Of a DNA stretch of 56,719 nucleotides, positions 27,587 through 36,295 are shown piece by piece. Both the position numbers and the translations under genes were made by a program. Position 1 is the first letter of the stretch. The number at the start of each line of letters is the position of its first letter. The notes below the pieces were generated by a model. That model had not been told where the DNA came from. It was given only the letters and a program-made list of their open reading frames with translations, and ran no database searches. Source of the DNA: Parcubacteria group bacterium (GTDB taxonomy: Bacteria > Patescibacteriota > Minisyncoccia > Phycocordibacterales > UBA2135); contig JACOWN010000006.1 in the NCBI GenBank assembly GCA_016176785.1, positions 1-56,719 of the forward strand, written 5' to 3'.

Positions 27587-28720
27587 TCAGGACTTTTTGA
27601 AATGCTTTGAAAACGGTGAAAAGACCTCGTTGCTGCGGTAGTGCGATGAACTGCGCGCGTCGTACGCCGCCTCCGGCTCATCCGCCATGCGCTCAAAACG
27701 GATTTTTGCGATCGGATGCTCGTCATACAGCTCAATGTCGCTTCGCGGCGTTACTTCCAAAGTCAGAGGACGGCCCTTGATGTCGCCCGTTGCGCCCCAA
27801 CCCCACCCCGGGTCAACGAATCCCGCCTCATGCGCGGAAAAATCCCCCGTGTGCCGGTCAACCGGTTCCATCTCGCATGCGAACATCGGCGGCACCGAAA
27901 CGAATTCCTTCGTACGCAGGAGATAAAAACGATTACCGCGAAGCGACACGAATCCATTCCCGCGTTTGTAGAGAGGTCTGAAAAAATCGCGGGGGTCATA
28001 ATGGTTCCGTTCCGAAAGGTCAAGGACGGCGTTCGGCTCAATGCACTCGTACCCGATTATCTCTCCGGAAAGATCGGCGGTGAGGATAATGGAACCGTCA
28101 TGGTCGTGAATGGCGCAATCGTTGTAGCGCAACACTTTCCCCTGTTTCGCCCGCACAAGCTTACAACGGGACATCTCAATTTTAATTTCGGTATCGGTCA
28201 GTCGCGTGTCGAGATTGAAAAAACGCATCTGCGAAAGCGACTCACTCCGCGTGATGACGGGGAATGATGCGGGGTGAATGACCGCCCAGAGAGAGGAGCC
28301 GGAGGGCATCCGCGAGGGGATGGCGTCAAAACGCGGCACGCCGTCTGCAAGCACCCATGCGCGCACATTGAGTCGCCCCGTGCTTGATTTCGGGTTGCAG
28401 CAGCCGTACAAGCCCTCCGGCAATGCCAAGCGTTCACGGAGACGGCATACATAGACGCCGTTCCGTTCAAGCGGGCGGTATGCGCTGTGCTGAACGCCGC
28501 CCAAGGACTCAATGAGGCTTCTGACCGTCTGTCCGGACCGCGGAAGCGAAAGGCCGGGCACGCGGTACATCTCTTCCGAGAGCGTGAGGTCAAGCGATGC
28601 CGCGCCGACGTTCTCCGTTTTCGCGCCGAGAATATGTTCGCCTTCAATAAGCCCTTTGATGTAATGGTCGGGAAGCGCGCCGCATCCGTTGTGCGCCATA
28701 ACCGTCTCCGTTCGCTTCAT
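27587..28720 (-). CDS. dcd: 2'-deoxycytidine 5'-triphosphate deaminase, long two-lobed DCD form
   Basis: 377 aa. GALPDHYIKGLIEGEHILG...ASLDLTLSEEMYRV...CCNPKSSTGRLNV... It resembles the ~360-aa DCD family as I recall it. Confidence 0.75.
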   Translation of the reverse strand: MKRTETVMAHNGCGALPDHYIKGLIEGEHILGAKTENVGAASLDLTLSEEMYRVPGLSLPRSGQTVRSLIESLGGVQHSAYRPLERNGVYVCRLRERLALPEGLYGCCNPKSSTGRLNVRAWVLADGVPRFDAIPSRMPSGSSLWAVIHPASFPVITRSESLSQMRFFNLDTRLTDTEIKIEMSRCKLVRAKQGKVLRYNDCAIHDHDGSIILTADLSGEIIGYECIEPNAVLDLSERNHYDPRDFFRPLYKRGNGFVSLRGNRFYLLRTKEFVSVPPMFACEMEPVDRHTGDFSAHEAGFVDPGWGWGATGDIKGRPLTLEVTPRSDIELYDEHPIAKIRFERMADEPEAAYDARSSSHYRSNEVFSPFSKHFKKS

Positions 28721-28945
28721 GGTTCTTGCTTGTTCTTATCATAAAAACGGCGCGGGAGCATACGGAAGACGCAAATTGACAACGGGAGACGGCGCGCGTC
28801 AAGGCAGCAAACGACCGCTTGTCTTGTATACTGCTACGCAGACAAAACGGGAGACCGCACTGTGCCGCTTGCGCCCGATCAGGAAACTGAAGTCGCGAAC
28901 GCGCGCGTCAATCTTAAGGTGACCTCACGCCCGACCGTTCCCGCC

Positions 28946-29809
28946 ATGGAAGAAATACTGCATTTGCCGTTCTTTGTTTTGGATCACGGCTTCGTCCGCG
29001 TCGTTGACTATATGGGTGACGACGCCGCGATCGTTCAGGCGGCGCGCGTCTCCTACGGCATGGGGACCAAGTCCGTCCGCGACGATGAAGGGCTCATCAA
29101 TTATCTCATGCGCCATCGGCACACGACCCCATTTGAGATGTGCGAGATCAAGCTCCATGTGAAGCTCCCGATATTCGTCGCGCGGCAGTGGATCCGCCAC
29201 CGCACAGCGAACGTCAACGAATACTCCGGCCGTTATTCAATCCTTGACCGCGAGTTTTACGTGCCCGAACCCGACGTTCTCGCGGCGCAGTCAAAGAAAA
29301 ATCGTCAGGGCCGCGACGAAGTAGTAAGCGCGAAAGAAGCTCGCGAGGTGCTCACCATCCTCAAAGAGGACGTAGATCGCTCCTATGACCACTATCTTGT
29401 CATGCTTAACGAGGGCGAGGGGTCCAGGAAAAACCGTCTTGGCATCGCGCGCGAGCTTGCGCGCATGAACCTTTCGCTCAATTTTTACACGCAGTGGTAC
29501 TGGAAAATTGACCTGCACAATCTTTTGCACTTTCTTTCGCTCCGCGCCGACCCGCACGCGCAGTATGAGATCCGCGCCTATGCGGAGATCATGCTCCGCG
29601 AGATCGTGCGCCGCTGGATGCCGATCGTCTATGACACGTTTCTGAATCACCGACTGAACGCCGTAACTTTTTCGGAGCGCGAGCAGACGGTCCTTGCGCG
29701 CATGTTGGGGGGCGAAGCGGTGGAACAGACAACCAGCGGGCTCAACCCCGCCGAGTGGCGAGAGTTTGAGCAGAAGATTGCGAAAGTGCGCGAACAACCG
29801 GAGCGGTAA
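28946..29809 (+). CDS. thyX: Flavin-dependent thymidylate synthase
   Basis: Start set at the ATG at 28946 ([10 protein letters not shown]). The ThyX motif is present in [20 protein letters not shown]. Confidence 0.93.
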   Translation: MEEILHLPFFVLDHGFVRVVDYMGDDAAIVQAARVSYGMGTKSVRDDEGLINYLMRHRHTTPFEMCEIKLHVKLPIFVARQWIRHRTANVNEYSGRYSILDREFYVPEPDVLAAQSKKNRQGRDEVVSAKEAREVLTILKEDVDRSYDHYLVMLNEGEGSRKNRLGIARELARMNLSLNFYTQWYWKIDLHNLLHFLSLRADPHAQYEIRAYAEIMLREIVRRWMPIVYDTFLNHRLNAVTFSEREQTVLARMLGGEAVEQTTSGLNPAEWREFEQKIAKVREQPER

Positions 29810-29815
29810 CACAAA

Positions 29816-29860
29816 GCCGCCCCGTCCACAAAATGGCGGACGAGGCGGCTTTTTCTTTTC
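29816..29860. terminator. Shared terminator between convergent thyX and rplK
   Basis: GCCGCCcCGTCCacaaaatggcGGACGaGGCGGCtttttcttttc. Confidence 0.65.
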
Positions 29861-29905
29861 TAAACAAGCGCGGCGGGAATCAAATCGTGTTGCGTTCGGA
29901 GCCGG

Positions 29906-30325
29906 CTATTCGACATCTATGCCCATTGACCGTGCAGTGCCGGCAATGATCTTTTCCGCCTGTGTAATGTCGCGCGTATTCAGGTCGGATAATTTTTTCT
30001 CGGCAATTTCGCGCACTTGCGCACGCGTCACCCTTCCCGCTTTTGACGTCGCGACGCTGCCCGTTCCCTTCTCAATACCCGCCGCTTTCTTAAGCAAACT
30101 TGACGCAGGCGGTGTTTTCAGAACAAAAGTAAAACTGCGGTCGTCATAAACCGTGATCTCAACCGGAACGACGTCACCCATGCGGTCGCGGGTCGTTTCG
30201 TTGAACTTCGTGACGAATTCGCCGATGTTGATGCCGGCCTGCCCGAGTGCCGGACCGACGGGCGGCGCAGGCGTCGCTTTCCCCGCGGGGATCTGGAGTT
30301 TAAGTTTTTTCGCGACTTGAGCCAT
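29906..30325 (-). CDS. rplK: 50S ribosomal protein L11
   Basis: [34 protein letters not shown]. Confidence 0.96.
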   Translation of the reverse strand: MAQVAKKLKLQIPAGKATPAPPVGPALGQAGINIGEFVTKFNETTRDRMGDVVPVEITVYDDRSFTFVLKTPPASSLLKKAAGIEKGTGSVATSKAGRVTRAQVREIAEKKLSDLNTRDITQAEKIIAGTARSMGIDVE

Positions 30326-30342
30326 ATGACTAACTGATTACA

Positions 30343-30891
30343 TTAGAGTTTTTTAACTTGGAGAAAATCCAACTCCACAGGGGTTTCCCGGCCGAAGATC
30401 GGAACCAAAACCTTCACCTTGCCGCGCTGTTCGTCAACTTCGGCGACCTTTCCTTCAAGTTCCTTGAACGGCCCGTCCGTAATGACGACCGTCTCTCCCT
30501 CCTGGAGGTCGGTCATGTGCTTCGTGGTGTCAGTTTGCATTCGCTTAAAGAAAAAGTCAACTTCATCCTTCCTGAGCGGCACGGGGTACACCCCCGTCCC
30601 CACGAAACCGGTAACGCGCGGCGTATTACGCACGACGTACCACGAGTCGTCCGTAACGACCATGTCAACCAGGACATATCCGGGATATATCTTCTCCTCT
30701 TCTTCAACGCGCTTGTTGCCCTTTATCTTAATTTTCTTTTCCGTCGGCACGACGACGTTAAAGATCTTGTCTTCCATGCCGAGCGATTCTATACGCTGCT
30801 TCAAATTGCGCGCAACCGCGTCTTCGTAGCCGGAATATGTGTGGATTGCGTACCAGTTGCGTTCTTGTTTCGGTTGTTGCCGCGATGTCAT
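30343..30891 (-). CDS. nusG: Transcription termination/antitermination factor NusG
   Basis: WYAIHTYSGYEDAVARNLKQRI... plus a KOW motif (GETVVITDGPFKELEGKVAEVD). Confidence 0.95.
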   Translation of the reverse strand: MTSRQQPKQERNWYAIHTYSGYEDAVARNLKQRIESLGMEDKIFNVVVPTEKKIKIKGNKRVEEEEKIYPGYVLVDMVVTDDSWYVVRNTPRVTGFVGTGVYPVPLRKDEVDFFFKRMQTDTTKHMTDLQEGETVVITDGPFKELEGKVAEVDEQRGKVKVLVPIFGRETPVELDFLQVKKL

Positions 30892-30896
30892 GTTTT

Positions 30897-31079
30897 TTAG
30901 AGGACGAACGTCTCCAAAAGATATGCAAAAAGCGCGTCAAAGAGGCCGAGGTAGGCCGCCGTGAAAAGAGAGATGCCAACGACAAGCGCGGTAAAATACC
31001 ACACCTGTTTCTTCGTCGGCCATGATACATGGCTCATCTCGGCTTTTGTTTCTTTGAGATAATCGGTAACTCTCGTCAT
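30897..31079 (-). CDS. secE: Preprotein translocase subunit SecE
   Basis: 60 aa with a single TM segment (DYLKETKAEMSHVSWPTKKQVWYFTALVV...), in the canonical position upstream of nusG. Confidence 0.88.
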   Translation of the reverse strand: MTRVTDYLKETKAEMSHVSWPTKKQVWYFTALVVGISLFTAAYLGLFDALFAYLLETFVL

Positions 31080-31145
31080 GCGCTCAATAATAACAGATTT
31101 TTGGCGTTTTTAAAACGGCCCGAGGGCCGCTTTCTTCACGTCTTA

Positions 31146-31174
31146 ACTATACTCCGCGCGAAAAAACAAGTCAA
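31146..31174 (-). promoter_or_regulatory. Sigma70-like promoter for secE-nusG-rplK (TTGACT-N17-TATAGT)
   Basis: The reverse complement reads TTGACTtgttttttcgcgcggagTATAGT. A short GC hairpin plus UUUU (31113-31135) follows in the leader. Confidence 0.6.
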
Positions 31175-31212
31175 GAAAGGAGTGGCGGGGACGGTTCGTC
31201 CGCCCCCGACCC

Positions 31213-31290
31213 CGCAGCCTATTCTCCCGTTCTTAAGAAGACCGGCATAGGCTGCGACGCGCGCTCCGCCGCGGGAGAACTTGATGCCGG
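31213..31290. other. Element with three interleaved complementary segment pairs (candidate structured RNA or recombination/operator site)
   Basis: Pair A is 31213-31222 with 31247-31256 (10 bp). Pair B is 31222-31229 with 31272-31279 (8 bp). Pair C is 31242-31248 with 31284-31290 (7 bp). The order is A B C A' B' C'. Confidence 0.5.
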
Positions 31291-31342
31291 ATACTAAATA
31301 TTGCATACTAAAAACGACCGGCTATACGCTAAAATCTCGTGT

Positions 31343-31738
31343 ATGAATTGCGTCTTCTGTAAAATCATACGCGGCGAACTGCCCGCCGAAAAAGTGTACG
31401 AGGACGAGCGCGCCGTCGCGTTTTTGGACATCAAACCGAACAACCTCGGCCATGTGCTTCTCGTCCCCAAAGAACACGCGCGGAACATTTTTGATATTTC
31501 GGAAGAAACACTCTGCAAGCTCGTGCCGCCGCTCAAAAAAATATCGCATGCCGTCAAAAACGCCACGGGCGCAAGCGGCATCAACATCGCGATGAACAAC
31601 GAATTGTCGGCGGGACAGATCATTTTTCACGCGCACATCCACATTATCCCGCGCTTTGAGGGCGACTCCACGGAGCACAAAATATACCGTGACGGCGAGA
31701 TGGGAGAGATCGCCGGAAAAATCCGTTCAAAGATGTAA
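31343..31738 (+). CDS. HIT family (histidine triad) nucleotide hydrolase
   Basis: MNCVFCKIIRGELPAEKVYEDERAVAFLDIKP...FHAHIHIIPRFEG. Confidence 0.9.
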   Translation: MNCVFCKIIRGELPAEKVYEDERAVAFLDIKPNNLGHVLLVPKEHARNIFDISEETLCKLVPPLKKISHAVKNATGASGINIAMNNELSAGQIIFHAHIHIIPRFEGDSTEHKIYRDGEMGEIAGKIRSKM

Positions 31739-31742
31739 CTCC

Positions 31743-32885
31743 CTACGAGGATGCGGCGAGTGCGCGGATCCCCGGCAATGTCCGCTCCGAAAGGAACGCG
31801 AGCATCGCCCCGCCGGCGGTGGAGAGAAAATCAAACGCGTCTTCGCGTTTCTCGCGCGTGATGAGCGCAACGGAATCGCCGCCCCCCGCGATAATTTTCG
31901 CTTTGCTCCGCGCCAAAATCTCGATCAAACGTACGCTTCCCTTTTCAAATCCCGGAACGGTGTAATCACCAAGCGGCCCGTTCCATACGATAAAGCGCGC
32001 TTCGGAAACAAGGGGCTCTAAGCTTTTCAATGTTGCGGGGCCTGCGTCAAGGATCTTGTCCTGCGGCTTCACTTCGTGGAGATTTTTTGTAAAAACACCT
32101 CCTTCGTTCTGCACAATAACGTCAAGCGGCAACCGCAGTTTGCCGCTTGAGAGCATGGCGTTAAGGTTCGCGCCGCTTTTCTCAAATACCGACATCCCGA
32201 TCTCGCGTCCGAGCATGTGGAAAAAATTATGGGCAAGCGCGCCGCCGATGAAAAGCGCGTCAACCGTCGGAAGCAGACGCTCCGCGGCGGAAAGTTTCGC
32301 CGCGGCTTTGGCGCCGCCCAAAATGAGAAGAGAGGGATGCGGAGGAGCAAACACGCGCGAAAGATTTTTCACCTCCTCTTCAAATAAAAGTCCCGCGTAA
32401 CTTGGAAGCAGCGTCGGAAGCGTAACGATGGACGCGTGTTCCCTGTGTGACGCGGAGAACGCATCATTGACGTATGCGTCCCCCAATGACGCGAGGTGCT
32501 CAGCAAAGGAATGGCCGTTTGCCGTTTCGCCGGGCCATTTTCGCAGATTCTCGCAAAAGAGAATATGCGCGCCCGCTTTCGCAGAAATCTCGCGCGCTTT
32601 TTCAAACGATGCGGCGTCATAGATGTCTTCAATAAAATAGGTTTTGAAATGCTCGCTGTTCAAATACCGCGCCACGGGATGGAGCGACTGCTTCGCGTCT
32701 GAGTGATGGCTGAGGAGAATGACCTCTGCGTGCGCGTCTTTCAAAAATTGGATCGTCGGGATGATTTTCTTGATGCGAAAATCGTCCAGCACAACCCCGT
32801 CCCTGATCGGCACATTGAAGTCGGCGCGCAAAAGTACGCGTTTGTTTTTTAAATTTTTTGCGCTCTTGAGCAACGGGACATCCAT
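31743..32885 (-). CDS. pgk: Phosphoglycerate kinase
   Basis: KRVLLRADFNVPIRDG...NDAFSASHREHAS...WNGPLGDYTVPGFEKGS. Confidence 0.95.
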   Translation of the reverse strand: MDVPLLKSAKNLKNKRVLLRADFNVPIRDGVVLDDFRIKKIIPTIQFLKDAHAEVILLSHHSDAKQSLHPVARYLNSEHFKTYFIEDIYDAASFEKAREISAKAGAHILFCENLRKWPGETANGHSFAEHLASLGDAYVNDAFSASHREHASIVTLPTLLPSYAGLLFEEEVKNLSRVFAPPHPSLLILGGAKAAAKLSAAERLLPTVDALFIGGALAHNFFHMLGREIGMSVFEKSGANLNAMLSSGKLRLPLDVIVQNEGGVFTKNLHEVKPQDKILDAGPATLKSLEPLVSEARFIVWNGPLGDYTVPGFEKGSVRLIEILARSKAKIIAGGGDSVALITREKREDAFDFLSTAGGAMLAFLSERTLPGIRALAASS

Positions 32886-32896
32886 AACGTGAGGTT

Positions 32897-33679
32897 TTAG
32901 ATTTTAGGTTTTAGGCCGTCGGCGATTTTTAAGATCGCAGAAAATCGCTTCGCGTCCAAGCTTGTCCTTCCGACCAAAAGCCCCGCCGCGCCGCCTTCTC
33001 CCAAAAATCCTTCCGCGTTATCCTCCTCAACCGACCCGCCGTAAAGAATAGGCGTCCGCATGACGACCTCTTTGCTTTTTCTTCCGAACATTTTTGCGAG
33101 CGTCTTCCGGATAAAAATCGTCATCGGGAAAAGTTCCTCGGGAGTATCCGCGCGTTCGGCGTTCGCGCCCACCGCCCACAACGGCTCATAGGCGATGCTG
33201 ATATGCGGCATGTCCTTTTGCGTAAGACCCGCGAGCGATTCGGCAATCTCCGCTTCCACAAAATGAAGATACTCGCCCTCTTCGTCGCGTTCGCGCTCCC
33301 CGATGCAGACGATCGGCGTAAGTCCTTCTTGAATTGCCGCGCGCACTTTTCTGCTGACCGCCATGCTCGTTTCACCGAGCGCGCGCCGCTCCGAATGGCC
33401 GAGGATAACGTGGCTTGCCCCAAGCCGCTCAAGCTGGCGGGGGGAGGTCTCTCCGGTGTGCGCGCCGTCACTTTCCCAAAAAACATCCTGCGCCCCGATG
33501 CGGCACCGCACGGTGCGCGAAAGCCGCGCGAGCTCGCTTATGAAAAGGAACGGCGGGCACACAACGGTCTCAACGCGCCGAAGCGATGCCGCGGCGCGTT
33601 GAATGCGCCGAAAAAGATCTTTCGCTTCTTGAAGCGAAGGGGGGCTCATTTTCCAATTTGCCACTATGATTTTTTTCAC
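32897..33679 (-). CDS. tpiA: Triosephosphate isomerase (GTG start)
   Basis: KKIIVANWKM...GAHTGETSP...VILGHSERR...IAYEPLWAVG...GGSV. Confidence 0.94.
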   Translation of the reverse strand: MKKIIVANWKMSPPSLQEAKDLFRRIQRAAASLRRVETVVCPPFLFISELARLSRTVRCRIGAQDVFWESDGAHTGETSPRQLERLGASHVILGHSERRALGETSMAVSRKVRAAIQEGLTPIVCIGERERDEEGEYLHFVEAEIAESLAGLTQKDMPHISIAYEPLWAVGANAERADTPEELFPMTIFIRKTLAKMFGRKSKEVVMRTPILYGGSVEEDNAEGFLGEGGAAGLLVGRTSLDAKRFSAILKIADGLKPKI

Positions 33680-33745
33680 GTTTGAAGGTGTTCGGAGGCG
33701 ACGTTCGTGTGCGCCATGAGCGTCCTCTCATTATACCAGACGCCC

Positions 33746-33778
33746 ACAAAAAACTTGTTCCACGAACAAGTTTTTTGT
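33746..33778. terminator. Bidirectional terminator hairpin (13-bp A/T-flanked stem)
   Basis: acAAAAAACTTGTTCcacGAACAAGTTTTTTgt, just downstream of the 33806 stop on the minus strand. Confidence 0.75.
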
Positions 33779-33805
33779 TACGCATTTCCCTTTCTTTGCT
33801 TTGCA

Positions 33806-34588
33806 TCAGTTACCGGTAAAACAGGAGCCGCTCCCGATCAGCATGCCGTCTGACCACGCCCCGTCAAGACATTGGTACATTACCCTCCCCTGTGATGTCA
33901 CCCCCTGCTGACATGATGGGAGGAACGAAAAAACGCGAACTTGTGCATGCGTTGAGACCGGCAGAGAAAGATTGCTGGCTTCATACGTTACTGTCTGCGC
34001 CCCGCAGCCGGTAAACTGGGTCGCAACGATGCACTCGGTGCCCGCGCCATTGCAGTATTGCGCTGCATTCACCTTGCCGCCAAGCGCCGCCGAAGTGCCC
34101 GAACTCGCCGGGTCAACGTAGTATGCCGTGTTATCGCGGTCCTCAAACTTGGGGAACTTGAGCGTTTGGTCGGTTTCTCTGCCGCGGTCTGATACCGCAT
34201 CAAGCGTGTCCCACGTCGTCAAACACGTGGAGCCGATGCAAAGGCCGGTGCCTTTCACATAGCCGTTCGCGTCTATTTTTTGCGACGGATTGGTCACCCC
34301 GACGCCGAGATTCCCGCCAATGTAGCTTGCGCTCGGGCCGTAGATCGTCAATTGGTCGGCGCTTATATTTCCCACGACCTCAAGGGGCGTCAGAGGAGCG
34401 CTTCCCGTATTCACGCCAAGCCACCCCGATTTGGATTGCGCGCTCGCGCCGACATTGATCGGCTCGGGGGTGTTATTGTTCGGCGGGGATGCGGTCGGGT
34501 TGCTCCACGCCGCGTGGAGGTATGAAAGACCGACGACCAAGAAAAATGCGAGGATGAACGCTTTAACGAAGGTGAGTACGCGAGGCAT
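33806..34588 (-). CDS. Secreted/anchored surface protein (260 aa) with a Cys-rich C-terminal half
   Basis: N-terminal TM/signal (VKAFILAFFLVVGLSYLHA), then AWSNPTASPPNNNTPEPINVGASAQSKSGWLGV. I have seen this motif type in CPR hypothetical surface proteins. Confidence 0.75.
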   Translation of the reverse strand: MPRVLTFVKAFILAFFLVVGLSYLHAAWSNPTASPPNNNTPEPINVGASAQSKSGWLGVNTGSAPLTPLEVVGNISADQLTIYGPSASYIGGNLGVGVTNPSQKIDANGYVKGTGLCIGSTCLTTWDTLDAVSDRGRETDQTLKFPKFEDRDNTAYYVDPASSGTSAALGGKVNAAQYCNGAGTECIVATQFTGCGAQTVTYEASNLSLPVSTHAQVRVFSFLPSCQQGVTSQGRVMYQCLDGAWSDGMLIGSGSCFTGN

Positions 34589-34633
34589 ACAAAAGAAATA
34601 TATTAATAATTAGTAATCGGTAATAAAGCGCTG

Positions 34634-35803
34634 TTAGAACTCTTCAAACCCTGGCTCAAATGTGTTGACGGTCAGATTGACCGTTACCGTCCGCACGTAG
34701 CCGCCGTCAACGCCCTGAACGGTAATGGCATACACCCCTTCCGCAACGGGATGAGCGAGCGTAACGGAAAGCGCCGAGCCGCCGCTGTACTCGCTTGACG
34801 AGAGCGAGGCGTCCGAAAAGATGTAGGTGACCGGCTCGCCGTTTATGGTCGCGGGAGTCGCCGACAGAGCGACCGCGTCACTGAACCCGTACTGCGGGAC
34901 AACCGCGATCGTCGTTGAATCGGAGGTCGCTTGTGAGTCGCCGAGAAAACTTATCGCGAGATCGCTTGTTTTCGTGATGAAGAAATCCGGCGGGAGGATA
35001 TTCACGGTGACGCTGTCGTTAGTCGTTCCGTAAATGCCGGTGCAAGACAGGTCGTAGATCGTCGTCGCGCTTATGGGCCCAACGGCTTGTGAGCCGCTTG
35101 TCGCTTTTTCACCCGGCCAATCGGCGGTGCCGCCGGACGCCGTGCACGAATTGGTGTATTGCGATGTCCATGAGAGCGTAACCGATGACCCCGGGGGAAC
35201 CGTCGTCGGGTCGCTCGTGAGCGAAACAACGGGCGTCTGCGCGTTCAAAAATACGCCGCCGAATGAGGGGTTGAACAGTATCCACCCCACGACGTCGGAA
35301 CCCCACGCATACCCCTCAAAATCGGTGTCGTCGTTAAGCGTCACCGCGTAGTTCACGCTTCCGGATTTTTTGTCCAAGCTTATCCAGCCGTCCCAGCCGC
35401 TTGCCGGATTATCGCGTCCCGCAAGGGCGCGCGCCCATCCGTTCAATTTGCCGGAGTTCAATTTTACCTGGCATGACCCCTGGGGACAGCCGGAAAGGTC
35501 GCTCTCGTTAAAACTGATCCAGCCGATGTTCGGGCTCCACGCATATCCCGAAAGTTTGCTTGAGGTTTCGCTCACGGAAACGCCATAGTTGATGGAGCCG
35601 CAGGTGCTCGTGTTCGTGCAATTGAAGCTGATCCAGCCGATGTTTGAACTCCACGCCCATCCCGACATGTTATGCTCCGCCCCCGCTTCCGCCGGCGCGG
35701 GCGCGGGAGCTAAAATAAACGCCGCGCCGAGAACGACGAGGGCAAACCCCATAAAAAAAGAGCCCCGTTTCAAAAAAGAATTACCTGTCAATGGCGGTGT
35801 CAT
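34634..35803 (-). CDS. Secreted repeat protein with four G[WY]AWS.NIGWISFN-type repeats and Ig-like C-terminal modules
   Basis: Signal peptide, then repeats GWAWSSNIGWISFN, GYAWSPNIGWISFN, GWDGWISL and GYAWGSDVVGWILFN. Confidence 0.8.
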   Translation of the reverse strand: MTPPLTGNSFLKRGSFFMGFALVVLGAAFILAPAPAPAEAGAEHNMSGWAWSSNIGWISFNCTNTSTCGSINYGVSVSETSSKLSGYAWSPNIGWISFNESDLSGCPQGSCQVKLNSGKLNGWARALAGRDNPASGWDGWISLDKKSGSVNYAVTLNDDTDFEGYAWGSDVVGWILFNPSFGGVFLNAQTPVVSLTSDPTTVPPGSSVTLSWTSQYTNSCTASGGTADWPGEKATSGSQAVGPISATTIYDLSCTGIYGTTNDSVTVNILPPDFFITKTSDLAISFLGDSQATSDSTTIAVVPQYGFSDAVALSATPATINGEPVTYIFSDASLSSSEYSGGSALSVTLAHPVAEGVYAITVQGVDGGYVRTVTVNLTVNTFEPGFEEF

Positions 35804-35821
35804 GCAATGCGTGAAGCCCGC

Positions 35822-36079
35822 TTACTGCGCGGGAATAGAGTTTAAGACGCGTTGTTTTTCCGTCCGCGAAAGCGTCACCTGCGTCCTGTCGCGCAGATTA
35901 ATTTCCCGAAGGATCATCTGCTTTTCATTGCGGGTGAAATCCGAGCCGTCGGGGTGCGGCACCGGCGCTGCGTTTCGCATAAGCAAAAACCAACCCAAAA
36001 TGAGGAGTGCGATGAGAAGAAGCGCCCACGCAACGATATTTTTCTGAATACTTTCGTCGGGGATGTCGTAGTAGGCCAT
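35822..36079 (-). CDS. Small single-pass membrane protein (85 aa)
   Basis: MAYYDIPDESIQKNIVAWALLLIALLILGWFLLM... It heads the same-strand three-gene surface cluster. Confidence 0.6.
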   Translation of the reverse strand: MAYYDIPDESIQKNIVAWALLLIALLILGWFLLMRNAAPVPHPDGSDFTRNEKQMILREINLRDRTQVTLSRTEKQRVLNSIPAQ

Positions 36080-36166
36080 ATAGTTGGAGCGTCAAACGGA
36101 CAATACTTAATAGTATACCCCGCAGACGTAGGCGTTCCAAGGAAAATTGTGCATAAACGGCACCGT

Positions 36167-36194
36167 TTGACAAACGCGCGCCTTCCTTTATACT
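36167..36194 (+). promoter_or_regulatory. Sigma70-like promoter for nusA (TTGACA-N16-TATACT)
   Basis: TTGACAaacgcgcgccttccttTATACT, about 100 nt upstream of the nusA ATG. Confidence 0.6.
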
Positions 36195-36222
36195 GTATGA
36201 ATACGACGTGTAACGTCAGAAT

Positions 36223-36247
36223 GGTCCGCCTGAAACGGACTTTTTTT
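36223..36247 (+). terminator. Weak intrinsic terminator/pause hairpin in the nusA leader
   Basis: gGTCCGcctgaaaCGGACttttttt, between the predicted promoter and the start codon. Confidence 0.5.
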
Positions 36248-36295
36248 ACAAAAACAAAGGCGTATCCGCCAACTTCGCGATACACAACAACTTTT

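Noticed and set aside
31184-31216. GGTTCG-containing hairpin that looked like a tRNA T-arm upstream of secE, where tRNA-Trp often sits.
   Set aside because: It has no A58-type T-loop, the T-stem does not pair, and no acceptor or anticodon arms can be drawn.
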